Shown here one piece after another: positions 37,701 to 50,690 of a stretch of DNA of 64,000 nt. The notes under the pieces were generated by a model, which was not told where the DNA came from, ran no database searches, and worked only from the letters and a program-made list of their open reading frames with translations. The first letter of the stretch is position 1. Every line of letters begins with the position of its first letter. Origin of the DNA: Gnetum montanum (Eukaryota > Plantae > Gnetophyta). The translations under genes were made by a program, and so were the position numbers. The DNA is taken from the NCBI GenBank assembly GCA_015680685.1, contig MNCI01002249.1, positions 233,947 to 297,946 of the forward strand, given 5' to 3'.

Positions 37701-38357
37701 TTACCAAGGATTACCTATGGGAAAATGCCTTGAACACTCTGTTTTACCCTATTTGTGGAGCTACATATGGTTTGTTTATGTGTTTTGGCAATATCCTTTT
37801 GCTCAACACACTTGGATTTAAACATGCAAAGTTATTCTAAATTGTTAGCTATCTCAAGATGATGTTTTTTTTCCCTTTTTTTGTTCACTTTTTGTGTATT
37901 ACTTCTATGAATTTTAGATTTCTTTAGAATGTTATCAAGCTTAGTGTTCTATTTCATATTTGGAAGCGCAGATACAATATCATTTCTCAGAAAATAGAAT
38001 ATTCAAATATTTATTATTTGACTATTGTGAAGAAATCATAAATCTTCCACCTTGTATATTTTCAAATTATATCCTAAACTCCAAAGATTTGGTTAGAGAT
38101 TAATCAATTGATTCATCTTTTGCACCCTTGGTTCAAATTTATAAATGATAAAGGCTCTAGTGCAAGTAAGCTTATTCAACAAAGTTCTCTACAAGGGAGC
38201 TCTTCTTTTTAATTCTAGTTGTCATTTGCCTCACTTGATGCTTTCTTCATTCTACCTGCATTGCTATTTATAGTTGATCTTTGGCAAAAAGTGAATTCTT
38301 AAGGGTGCTTCAATCTATTGGGTCTTTCCTTGTTATTTCTATCTGTTCTTTCAAATA

Positions 38358-38456
38358 CTACATGTGTATTTTTTACCCTTTCTATCTATTTTGTCAAATG
38401 CTACATGTGTATTTTTTACCCTTTCTATCTATTTTGTCAAATGCGACATGTGTATT
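38358..38456. repeat. 43-bp tandem duplication
   Basis: tacatgtgtattttttaccctttctatctattttgtcaaatgc occurs twice, plus a partial third copy. Confidence 0.85.
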
Positions 38457-39363
38457 TGATGCTCTATTTTGATTAATAAAATTTTTTTGGGGGGTTTGAC
38501 CTCTTACTTTTTACAACATGGAAGTCTTGTTTATCCACTTGATTTTTTATATGTCCCTTTGCTTTAAGTTCTTGATATTAGTGGAGGTCATATTTATATA
38601 GTTTTAAGCCAAGGTTGAAGGAAGTTTTGTTTGAAGATACTCCTCAACTTCAAGAATTTTTGCTTCACACTTACAGTTACTTTCAATGTAATGTGATTTC
38701 TTTTAGAGATTTGCTAATTAAATTTCTCTACTTGTTTATTCAAGATGACATTTCATGCTCTACCTACAAGCTTGAATGTGTCCTTCTCATTATTTTTTCT
38801 TTTTCGCCTTTTTTTTTTTAAAAAAACCTTTAGTAGTAAGCAAAAACCCAAGAGGGTAAAGTTTTATTCATGACATAGCTTAAAGGGGAGGTTTTTGGAA
38901 TTGGTTACAAGGATGAAAACTTGAAAATGCATACAATTAACTTTTATCTTTCCTTTTATATTGTGTTGGAGTTTTATCTCTCTTCGTACCTTTTTATTAT
39001 TATACTCTGCAATTTCTTTTATAATAAATATTATTTTAAGGTCCACCACGAACACCGCCTTCTAATACCCCTTGAGATGGCATTTTCACCCTCGAATAAT
39101 GTAAAACCGCCACCATTATTTGTTTATTACCTCTCTTCCTCATCGTTCGTGAAGCATACATCTTGGTATTTGATGTTTATTTTGGTATTTGATGTTTATT
39201 TTTAATATTAGGTTTTACAAAACATGAAACGCGGACATAGGCAGGTATATATTTTAATTACTTTCATATAAATGTGAGACAACTATGTCCGCCAACCATG
39301 TAACGGAACGACTGACAGAGAATACATGCAAGTTCAAATGGAAATACCTCCATGTATTCACAG

Positions 39364-39371
39364 AAAAAAAA
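39364..39371 (-). terminator. Pol III terminator (T8) of tRNA-Leu
   Basis: A8 on the + strand, 5 nt beyond the tRNA 3' end. Confidence 0.8.
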
Positions 39372-39376
39372 CTGTG

Positions 39377-39457
39377 TGTCAAGAATGGGATTCGAACCCA
39401 TGCCCTTTCGGACTAGTACCTGAAACTAGCGCCTTAGACCAACTCGGCCATCTTGAC
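39377..39457 (-). tRNA. trnL-CAG: tRNA-Leu(CAG), nuclear, intronless
   Basis: GTCAAGATGGCCGAGTTGGTCTAAGGCGCTAGTTTCAGGTACTAGTCCGAAAGGGCATGGGTTCGAATCCCATTCTTGACA. Paired acceptor, anticodon and T stems, a long variable arm, and A and B boxes. Confidence 0.97.
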
Positions 39458-40977
39458 TGGCGATATTCAATTGGATCACGTCGTTTAATTATCTCATGTT
39501 TAGCCCAATGGAACTCTATAATTCGATCCTCCTTCCTGCATTGTTTGTTCAATTTCTTTGCCATTAAAACTAGTTTAATTATATGTTTATGATACATAGC
39601 CATGATTTCTTCCGGTCAAATGTTTTTTACAAATATAATGGATTGATTTTTAAAATTTTTTTGAATAATACAGTAAGAAAATGTTGGAAAATATAATTTA
39701 GCTTTACAAAATCAAAATTTTTTTGTGTGGTCGGTAGTTAACTACTTCGAGAGGTGTAAGAACAAAACAGAATGACTACAACCTAAAACATAGAATTAAT
39801 ATAATAATTTAAATAATAATGCATAGAAATTATCTACCAACCTTTTGTCAAACAAAATAATGAGTTAACCACTTGAATTACTTATCTATAAAATATTTAT
39901 ATAAATACATAGTTAATGTCATAGGATATTGATAATGGGTAGTAAGTTTGTTTTGTGTAATAAGATTTGTTTAGTTTGTCGCTTTGTCAATTGATAAGAG
40001 TTTACCATCAGATCATAGCAATGTGCTAAGGTAGCTGGTAAAAGAGATTAAATGTGATCAAGTAAGCACATTGTGATCATGGTTCAAGAGAAAATTTAGT
40101 GAAGATATGTTGATTAATTAGTTAATAAAATACCAGTAGGGCTAACTTCCTTGTGGCCAAGTTGGTGAGAGTGACTCCATAGGCATTGAGGACAACCTTG
40201 ATGTCATTCGTTCACAATGTCCATGGCTTTTTAGTTTTTACCCAATTGTGTGTATGTTTGTCTGATTGGGGATGGCTAGCTACTTGCTCTTGTTTCCCAC
40301 CAACAACACTGACGCATCATAGTAGTGCATCAAAGTGGTAAGAGTATTGGTTTGAAAAATATAAGAAGATTATCAGTTTGAAAAATCTTGGTAAGAGTAT
40401 TGGTAATACAAGAAGATTATCAATTTGAAAAATCTAAGTCATAGGTTCAATTCTAACATGATTATTTAGAAGATCAATGCTTATAGGGAGGGCCTTGAAA
40501 GGTTCATGGATGAGTGATCCTTATCTGGAGGCCCAAGGATACATGAATAGGCAATCATAATTCAAAGATGATCATTGAAGGGTCCATGGAGGCTCAATAC
40601 TCATGCAAATAGTAGGGTAGGGTACCAAAAGGGGAGGCTCTTGGAGGTCGTTGTGTAAATCAGGTCCATGGATAGGTGAAAAGGCAATGTAAGTTGAAAA
40701 AGGGTTTGTGTATAAGTGAAAGTGTAAATGATGCTTAATGTAGGTTCATGAATGTCGCTAGAAGAAAGATTATATATATAAAAAAAGAGATCAAAGAAGA
40801 TAAAAAAAATTGTAAATAACAAAGATTTAGCTTTAACTTTTTGTAAAAGTGAATGGCTAAAAAAACTCAAATAAGCAACCCCAAATAATGAAATGACTCC
40901 ATTTTATTAAGGCAACGGAAGAATGATGATAATGAAAAGGTCCAGATATGATAGAAACGTGAAAGAAGAAAGCATAG

Positions 40978-41212
40978 TTGTACAAAGCAATCATGGAAAG
41001 GCAGGCGAATGATCGCAGCGGCATGTGTGATGTTATACTTGAGGTAGGGCCCCATCTTTAATATATAGGCGAGCATGGTCGATGGGTGTTTAGGATATGA
41101 AGATATGAATACCAAATACAGTCAGCATGTATTAAAGCAGTCACGGGAGCAAACAATTAGCTGCAGGGATTCCAGGAAAAAGCAACGAGGCTGACTTCAT
41201 TTCCATCTTCAT
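40978..41212 (-). pseudogene. Class III peroxidase exon 1 relic
   Basis: YLKYNITHAAAIIRLPFHDCFVQ (distal-His motif RLxFHDCFV). The upstream signal-like region is frameshifted, the expected GT donor reads CT, and no GCD exon is seen downstream. Confidence 0.8.
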
Positions 41213-41580
41213 GATACATGAGGTATCAGCTATCTATCTAATTTGGAAGGCAATTAACGCATAGAACCATCCTACACATGTTTAGTTCAAGTCAGCTGAG
41301 TTTTGTCTTGTATGAATTTTAATGCAGTAGTCATATCAAATTGAGATATTTGTGGTATGTACATGGAAAATTCACATGACTTCCGTCGAATTAATCTGTT
41401 GTGAGTTAGAGCACTTTTGGACCACAAAATTAACAAAATTAAAAAAATTCAATGACGTGAAAGAAAAATGATTTTAACGGTTCGGCATGAACAGTGATTA
41501 CTAAACTCATACCCACGAGTTATTGGGTGAACTTGGAATTTCTATACAGTGAACTTATCATACAAGCTCCTTGGGCAGTT

Positions 41581-41656
41581 GAAAGCATGTGAGCTCTCCA
41601 TGTGCAGGAGGCATGAGGGAAAGCATGTGAGCTCTCCATGTGCAGGAGGCATGAGG
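41581..41656. repeat. Perfect 38-bp tandem duplication
   Basis: gaaagcatgtgagctctccatgtgcaggaggcatgagg occurs twice. Confidence 0.9.
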
Positions 41657-42788
41657 GAGTGCAGGTAACTCCCTCGTGCTAAAACAATTCTTACAACATC
41701 ATCTCTAATGACTCTTCACTTACTTCACTCTGCACAAACTAGCACAAACTACAAAGGATGGATTGAGGCATCATTGAAGAACACTTAGGGCCTTTGGGGG
41801 ACCCAAATTTCAAATTTGACCGTTCCTACTTCAATGTCACTAGTACATTGGCATGATGTAAACTACATCATCCTTAAATTGCAAACTTTAGAGCATGTTT
41901 AGTTGGAAGAATATTTGCAAGTTGAATCATTTATAAATCCTACCTCTCATGGTGAAATTGAAAAAGAATCTAAAATACAATACAAATAGTGAGCTCGATA
42001 GGAAGTGAAGACCTAGAGATTCATTCGGTAAAACTCCACAAAATTAACTAAAATCAAACAATTTTATAAATATGATAGGCGCTATCTGTAGAAGTAGCAC
42101 CTAAAGAATCAGGTAACCAAACATGCCCAAATGGGTTGACATGAGAAATAGCAACTTCTTGCTTAAAAAATACTTCTCAAACAACAAATCAAGCAAATGA
42201 AGTAATTGACCTTTTCATAGTGATATAACATCAACATATTACTTGCTATAAATGGACACCAACATACAAAATACGCACCCACCAACTTATTACAACAGAA
42301 TTATATTGTTAATTAATTTCTCAAAAAAGCTAGTATTTTTTCATAAGAGAGAGACACTTGTAACATGAAAGCCATTAAATAAGTCAAGTGCACATCAAGT
42401 TGTAGTTGGTTGGAAATTGAAAATTTTAGTAGGCATCAACACGAAACTCTTTAACTTTACAAAAATTTCAATATACATCTATCTATTGTTAAAAAGTGTT
42501 AATAGTATTTGGATAATTTAAAAATATTATTATTAAAAGCTAAAATAAAAAAATACAAGTTTGTTAATACAACATAAAATTTTGTATTATAAATGAAAAT
42601 CAATAATAAAACAATAAATAACAACATGTAAAGGTTTGCCTATTTTCTTACTTAGACATATTTATTTGATTTTAAAGTCAAATGACACTTTTCTAATATC
42701 AAAGCCTTAGATTGAGACATTTTAAAAAATTTTAGCATTTTGATGATACATCACATGAAAAATTAGCGTTTTATACGAAAATCATGAA

Positions 42789-44032
42789 TGTTAGAGTTTA
42801 ACAACTATCACAAGATATCACTCATCAAATATTCATGTTACTGTGTAGAACAAAATGACAAATGGAATGATACTTTGTTGATAAACTAGCCACAAAAAGA
42901 TGCAACCTTTCATGAAAGTCATGTGCCACCTTTACACAATATATAAGGAGGAGAAATTGTGATCCATGAAGATACATAGAGGGTATAAAATATACAATAC
43001 ATAACATAACAATAAACCCAAAGATTGAGGTATAAATAAAGAAGCATAGAATGCAAAACCACCCATGAAAAGCATAGGAAACAAGAAAAAAGAGATGTAG
43101 TATGTAGCAACTTACATAGTGTGCATCATCAAACCTCTATAATGATGCACAAAGAATATATGTGTTGTTGGATGAAATTTGAATCACAAAGGTGAAGGAT
43201 GGTCTCTAAGTTATGGAAGTGAAGAATCACTTGTAAACATAAGATGCACAACAAAAAGAATGTACACAAAAGACAATATAAAAAGATCCATTGATGAAAT
43301 GTTCTGAGGTAGGAGCTAGTACTTATATAAAAGACTGTGATGAAACCGGTTTACTTGATATTTATATCTTAATAGTTAAGAAGGCAAAAACATCATTCTA
43401 TGAAGAAAAGATGATAGAAGAAGACCATGTAAAAAATAAATAATGCAAGAATTACTTGTTAAAGACGTGATGAAAATCATTCTACGTAGAGGAAAGAGAA
43501 CACAAAATGATGCCTACAATATAGGATAATAAAATGTTACGAGGAAGGGTTTGTAAACAAAGAACATCTAGTCAAGACATTGGCAAATGAAAACCTAAAA
43601 CCAAAGTAGATGCGAGATCATATAATCACCCATATCTACATAAGGCCATCACAAGGAGTGACACACTCCAAAATTGAAGAGTTTAGGAAGAATTAGAGAT
43701 TTCTCAAAACGAGGAATGCTAAACAACCAATTAAGTGGTAAAGTCGGAAAAAAAGTTCTCATGAGAAAAATTAGAATTAAATCTTACAACAAAAAGAAGA
43801 CATTACCTAAGATTTTATGGTGGATATAATAGTGATAAAACCTACAGGAAAATAAGCAGTCCATTAGCTAAATGGAAGATGAATTTTCCAAAGAAATAGA
43901 AAGCCACACATTTATTCATACATATAATAGATGAAATCACAATGTAAGCTTGTAGAAATGTAATTATATTTTTAATATCAATACTAGTAGGGAGGTTAAG
44001 CCTTATAATCAGCTCAACATAGTATCAAAGCC
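42789..44032 (+). mobile_element. Possible decayed LTR with tRNA-Met PBS remnant
   Basis: tgtt...aaca termini followed by tagtatcaaagcc (compare TGGTATCAGAGCC). No partner LTR seen. Confidence 0.35.
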
Positions 44033-47000
44033 AAGTTCCAAAACAATAAAGAACTAATCACAACAACTGGTTAAGAATGAACTAGGAATAAGTTGTAACT
44101 TGTACAAATAATTAGAACTTCATGAATCATTGTTGTGGTAATATCATTCCGCATGGTATCAAGAACGCAAGGTTGTAAAGACATAGGATTTTCAAAATTG
44201 TTAGATTTTCATAAAAGATTTTACACAAATAATATCACAAAAGTAAACTGATGAATGTTTAAAAGAATATCATTTAACAAGATACTCATTATGTGCCTTC
44301 CATAGGTCCTTGGGTATTGCATTATAATTATTATTTATATATGTGTGCAATCTCAATGGATTATCAATGACAAGTTGGTTGGTTATGGTGTTGACTTAGA
44401 TATTATGATTATTTAGCTCTTATAATATGATTATGTTATATTTATATGCTTAATTGACATGATTAGATATACTAGTCTTGTAAAATGTGTTAGGCAATTG
44501 ATATGGATAGCAAAGAAGGTGGATTGGGATACAAGAGTGATAATTTGTTATGTATTATGCTTTATGTGTGATTTTGACATATATGCATTTAAATTGTAGA
44601 ATTATGTTTTGTGATGGTTAGATGTCCTTTTGGTATGTGGGTGTGTAGTGCATTGGATATGGATCTTGTAAATTCAAATAGATGTTGATTTGGAATCCTA
44701 GCATGTTTGTTATTAGTGTTGGAACTTCATGAGAATTAGTTGGAGAGAGAAAATGGAAAAGATACTTATAAATTTTTTTTGAATTAAAACAAAATATAAA
44801 AAGTAAAAGAGATCAATTTTAAATTCACATGGGCATTGAAAGTAAAACATGCATTTAAAAAGTAAACGCACTTTATACTTAGATATAGTTTACATACTTT
44901 ATAGGTAAATAAGATATACTTCATAAGTTTTCCACACTACCCTTTTCCATTAATTACATAGAAAATTTGGGTTTGGTTGTCTTTACACAAACAAAAATTA
45001 ATTCTAAGTCTATTTTTTCCTTATTTATTTTGTTTTTTAAACAATTTTTATGAATTTTAGCTTCAAGGATGAACTTTTCTTTTCTTTGAACTTAGATTTA
45101 GGAATATTGCAGTCATGTATATGTGGATACTAGAGTTGTTTATAGCGAAATGAAGCCTTGATGAATTTTGGGGGATTTTATGCTTATTTAGGACTTTCCA
45201 CTTTGACAAATCTAATTGATCGATTGTCTATACTTTTCCCCTATATTTTTGTTCTAGATTAGTATATATGATCATGTTACATGGGAATGTGGGGTGAATA
45301 GTTTAAAGATTAAGTTTTAGATGTATAATTTTTCAAATTTGTGGTTATGTTTTGTGAGTTATGCATGCTTGGTATGTGATGAATTGAATTATTTAGAACT
45401 TGTAGAAATCAGTTGTGAAGTTGTGGTGATTAGTGTAGCATTGATATTGTGTATTTTGAGTATGGTGTCTATTTTGATTGCTCTCAAGGATTTTTGTTAT
45501 CTCTTATGATATTTAAGTGTTATTATTTTATTTTGTTATTAATAAAATTTAAACCCACATAACTTTGTCCTTGAAAGTGCAATTGAGATGAAACTAGTGT
45601 CATTGAAATATTGTTCTTATGTACTTTTTGAATATAGAATTTATTCTATCTTTTAATATCCACATTTTTAGATCTTACATTAGCATTCATTATTATTAAA
45701 TTATATTTATTTAATTCTGTATGCTATTATTAAGAAATTTTGCTATGTCATGTTATGCTATTATCTTCATGAATTGTGTGTATTAACTGTTAGGCTTAGA
45801 TATAGGTGATTATGTTACATGTTTGACTCAGATGTATTGTGATTATGATATGTAATGACTTAAGCTAACTTGGGTTGGTACATGTCTTTGTGACAATGAT
45901 TGTAGCAGTTGTTAACAAGTAGCTCTAGCATGAGGATGTGGATCATTTGGTGATAAGGCACCCTGGAGGATAGTGAGATTGACCCTAATTAGGATGAGTT
46001 AATAAGGATCTTATCTCAAACCTCATTTTGAGATGAGGAGAAAATAGACATCACTTATGACTAGTACATGCCATAGGAGTGGAGTTCTTGCCAAACCTCT
46101 AGAAGAATAATGGCTATGTGTCAGAGGGTGGGTGACATTAGCACCAATAGTAGATAAAAGACTAATAAAAGAACTATAGACAAATGGTTGATTATGAGTA
46201 CCCATGGCAATGTTACGTATGCTACACTAAGTGTAGATTTGCTAGCTACCACATGGATTATGTGCATATGTTAGTATTGCCTTGTGAGTTATAGTAGTGG
46301 TAAATGTGTTTTGTGATTAATTTATTAGTATATTGATCTATGTGATGTTTGATTGTGTTGTACAGATACAAATGTGTGGGCATGATCATGGAAATGCATG
46401 TGGTTGTATGATAGGCACATATTGCCATGTGAATATGATTGATTATATATCATTGAGGCTATGTCAATGATTAAGAGTAGGCTAATTGTTTACTTTAGTA
46501 TGTGTTATCTTAGTATTATGTGTGATATTATGTATGCATGTGGTACTTAGACCACATGTGAGACTAAGTATTGATGCAAGCTACTGTGTACCTGATTCCC
46601 CTCCTATAGTATAGTACTTATTGGTCATGCAATAAAGAAATTGTAAAAGCTTCCCACTTAGTTTTATACTAATATTATTTATTTATAGATGATAGATCCA
46701 GGGATGTAGGGAAGCTTGAAGACAATTGAAAAGAGGGATGTCTACAAGCCTTGGTTATTGTATATTTCCATGTAGAGATTTATAGTTTCTGTAAACTATT
46801 GATATTGTTATTCCCCTTGTGGTACTCTTATGTGTATAATGCATATTCTTTATGTATATTGTGAGGTCAATACAAACTTCTAATTTATGTAGAGACATGC
46901 TATTATGAGCTTGATGAGTTTGCTTGGTTCTTGGGACAACATGATTTTTGTATAGTATCATGTTGTGAGATATACAAATCATACAATTTATGTTAGTGGA

Positions 47001-47356
47001 TTCTCATTAATTGCTAGATGCTCAAGTTGTTTATGCTTCTATTATGTTAATTTGATGATCCCAGACATAACTTTGTCTGAGCTTAATTGTAGTAGGGTAG
47101 GGTATTACATTATGGTGTTAGAATAAGATGCTCCGAGTTATATGTATTTTTGTGGTACTTATTTGTTGTGGTTGTAGGCTACAAGGATGGCAAGTAGGTG
47201 TGATGGAATAGGTAGATGTGGTTCTCGATTTAGTAGTGCATCAAATTTGGATGAGGCTAGTCCATCTAAGTCATAGGAGCTAACAGCTAGCAATGGACTT
47301 GCTTAGCATCATGCAAAGGTTGCACAATAGTTATTGTAGTTTTTGTAGGGATTGAA

Positions 47357-50300
47357 TGTTAGTTTTTATGATGTTTAGATCACTAGGTCCAAGGAAAATA
47401 GAACCAATTTGATGATTCTTATAAGTAGAGAACATATTGAAATTGTAATACACCATGGAATCTACAATAGCCAAGTGTTAAGTATTTGAATTATACTCAA
47501 ATAGTTAAATGTATAAATAGAGATGGATTACACTATATTGTATTCCATTATTTCTATTGTGTTATATGAATGATCCAAAATCAACACATATATAGGTTAT
47601 TATGAATAATCATATCAATAGAATGAATAGACATGATGAGTGGTTAAAGTTAATTAAGGCGTACAAATAACATAATTACTTATAAAAAAATTTAACTAAT
47701 AAGTAGTACAACTCACAAATGTTGTACATTATTATAGTGTATACAAATGTTTAGAGTGTTATACAATATAGACCTTAATTAGCATGTTAAGCTTCCTCGA
47801 ATATATCAAATCTTTAAGACCACCCCTAAAGCTTAACATAGAAAACAATGATGTGCTTTACTCTCTAAATACCAATCAATGACTATCCTAGGTTAAGTGA
47901 TACAATGTTACTTTATTATCATTCTCCACTAAACTACACAAAGTAGATATTTGTATCCACAATCAATGATTATGGAGAAACATTCTAAAGTGGAATTCCT
48001 TTTATATAATACATTTCATAATGAGCACCATATGATCAAAGAAGCCATATCTCTCAGTAAAGTTGTAAATTATAAATATAATATGATGGTGAGTAGTTTT
48101 ACTTTTTCAAAATCATGTTATAAATTATTTTAGTCATTTTAAACAACTTCAAAATGTAGAGAAGAATGACTAGAGTTACAAGGAGTAATTATCTCTTGCA
48201 AAACATTGTATAACATAACCAAATAATTAACGATAAAAAAGAAAACATACACTTTTCATGGAAAATTAAAGTAATCAATATCACCATCTAACACAGGATG
48301 TACTAAAGATAGAAAGTTACAAATAATAAAATATAAAGAAAACTAAATCATCAACCAAGGTAAGCATCTATTGGTATTTAAAAGATTATCATATACACTA
48401 TAAGATGATTTATCCCTTGACGTTGGGGTTGTGTCCTTCACCATGGACTACATAGGAACTAGAGGATTCTTAGGTTGTGATGTTGGAATGTCCAAAGTAG
48501 GACTCAATGATTCTAGAACAAAATATTTCTTCAAAATTTCATCCTTTATTTCATTATATCCTACCAAGAGTTGTGGTGGACACATAGTGGGGATAGATGG
48601 CAATTCACAACCATGCTTAATAACTATTTATAGTAATTCCTTATTGTGGGTTGTGAACTATTTTTTCATTAACTATTCTTATAAACTACTCACCATGTCA
48701 TTTAATCTTTTCTTCTTCTCATTAAATGTTTCAATCAATTCATTCTTTTATCCGAATAGTTATTTAACTCATTTCCACATGGTGTTTAGCTTTTCATTGA
48801 GCCCAAAGTTCCTAAACTACAAAATCTTCTCATTGGCGTACAGCTCCATCATCTTCATTGTCAACTCCTTTCCTCTTTTTCTAATTTAGGATTAGTACTC
48901 AAGCTCGTGATTTTTCTTTCTTGTTTTAGTGTTGCTAATTTCTCAAATTTCTTCTTTCCAAATAAGAGAGCACCTCCTATCTTCCTCGAACTTTGAAAAA
49001 GCTCTAGCATATTTACCTTTATCTTTGTAGACAAATTATAAATCTTTATTTGGTACCTCGTTTTGTGTGAGAGTGGATTCCCAAACTTGTTTATTGCATC
49101 TCATCATCTTAATATATGCTCTATACTTAAAATAGTATTCCACTGTGGTATAATTAACAATCATTAAATGATAAAAAAAGTCATTATTCACTATGATGGG
49201 ATGAACCTTGGATAATCTAGTGAGATCTTTATTAATCATCCTTTTAATTTTTGCTAGAATATGATCTTCTTCAATTTTGTGAAAATCCTTTAATGAAGCT
49301 TTATTATACAATGTTTCTTCCATAAGACTTTTATCCATCATCATGTTGAAAAAGTGAATTGTAGCTTCCATATGAATAGCTTTATTTTCAAAGCTACAAT
49401 GTTGCATTACTACTCTCATAGTAGTCAAGGTTAGATAGTCACATTTTAGATTATTTCAACCCTCAACTTAGACATCGATGGGTTGAATCATGAAAGGTAG
49501 CTCAGTGATGGTCTATTGCTTCTTCGAGAATGCATCTAAGAATAATCATAATACCAACTCTTTATTTTACTCATTCACTATTGCACTAACTTTAGTTAAA
49601 TTTAAACTTTGAATAACTTTAATAAATGTATGGAGGAGATAACCGTATGAGAAGTGGTAGATGTAGATTTGCATGCCTTCCTCCATTCTTTAATTGAATA
49701 ATAGAAATTATGATAGTGGTTGATGTGCATGCCTTTCTCCATTCTTCATCAGTTACAAAACATTCTATCAATTTTTACTTGGGAAAAATTACCTTCAAAA
49801 CATAATTAGTTTTCACCATCTGGAAGCACAATTGTAAATAGTTTTTCAGCTTTTGGAGAATTGCCAAGTTTTAGTAGAATGGAATATAGCCAATCCATTG
49901 TTGTATGTTTAGATAAAATTCTCCACTAATGTTGGATCTTTTAACAACCCAAATTCAATAAATAATCACTTCAACTTTGCACCATAGCCTTCACTCACCA
50001 TTTTTGTTGTAGAAGTAAGATCAAAATGGTGATACTAAATGTTGACTCTAGGAGCCAAATATTTGTTATATTTTTATTTTGATAGAAGTAAGTCAAAACT
50101 TCATGTATTATTTGTAACAAATTCATAATATATTGACATTAGTAAATGAAGCCTTATTTTCTTGGTGGTGTCCTTTGGTATGGAGGATCCTTCACCATGA
50201 GTACTCTGACTATGAACTTCTAGTTGTGATACCATGTTAAGTTTTGTGATGGTTAGATCACCAAGTCCAAGGAAGCTAGAAACAATTTGTTAACTCTTAT

Positions 50301-50690
50301 AAGTAGACAACATATTGAAATTGTAACACACAGTGAAAGTTGTAATAGCCATGGTGTTAAGTATTTAAGTTATTCTTGAATAGTTAAATGTATAAATAGA
50401 GATGAATTATACTATATTGTATTCCTTTGTTCCTATCGTCTTGTATGAATGAGCTAGAATTAACACATATATTAGTTATGAAGAATAATTGTGTTGATAG
50501 AACAAATAGACATGATGAGTAGTTAAAACTAATTAAGGAATATAACAAACTTTGACTAATAAGTCGTACAACTCATAAACATTGTAGCAATGTTGTAAAT
50601 CCTAATGGTGTATACAAATGTTCATAGTGTTACATAATATAGATCTTAATTAGCATGTTATGCTTGCTAGAATAAATCAAATCTTTAACA
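47357..50690 (-). mobile_element. 3.3-kb non-autonomous LTR element, probably copia-derived, nested in Tekay gag
   Basis: LTRs at 47357-47819 and 50235-50690; TSD ttgaa/ttgag; PBS TGGTATCACAAC at 50223-50234; PPT aggggtgg at 47820-47827. The host gag frame rejoins across it. Confidence 0.88.

Larger units (their letters stand above)
33490..38480 (+). mobile_element. AT-rich L1-type LINE ORF2 (endonuclease and RT), heavily decayed
   Basis: WNVRGL (about 33495), IYAPND, FGGDFNI, KAPGYDGF, KLDYAKTYDKIKW, RQGFPLAP, VSWDIITLPKKKGGLG. Confidence 0.85.

Noticed and set aside
39326-39603. ORFs overlapping the tRNA
   Set aside because: Chance frames across a tRNA gene.
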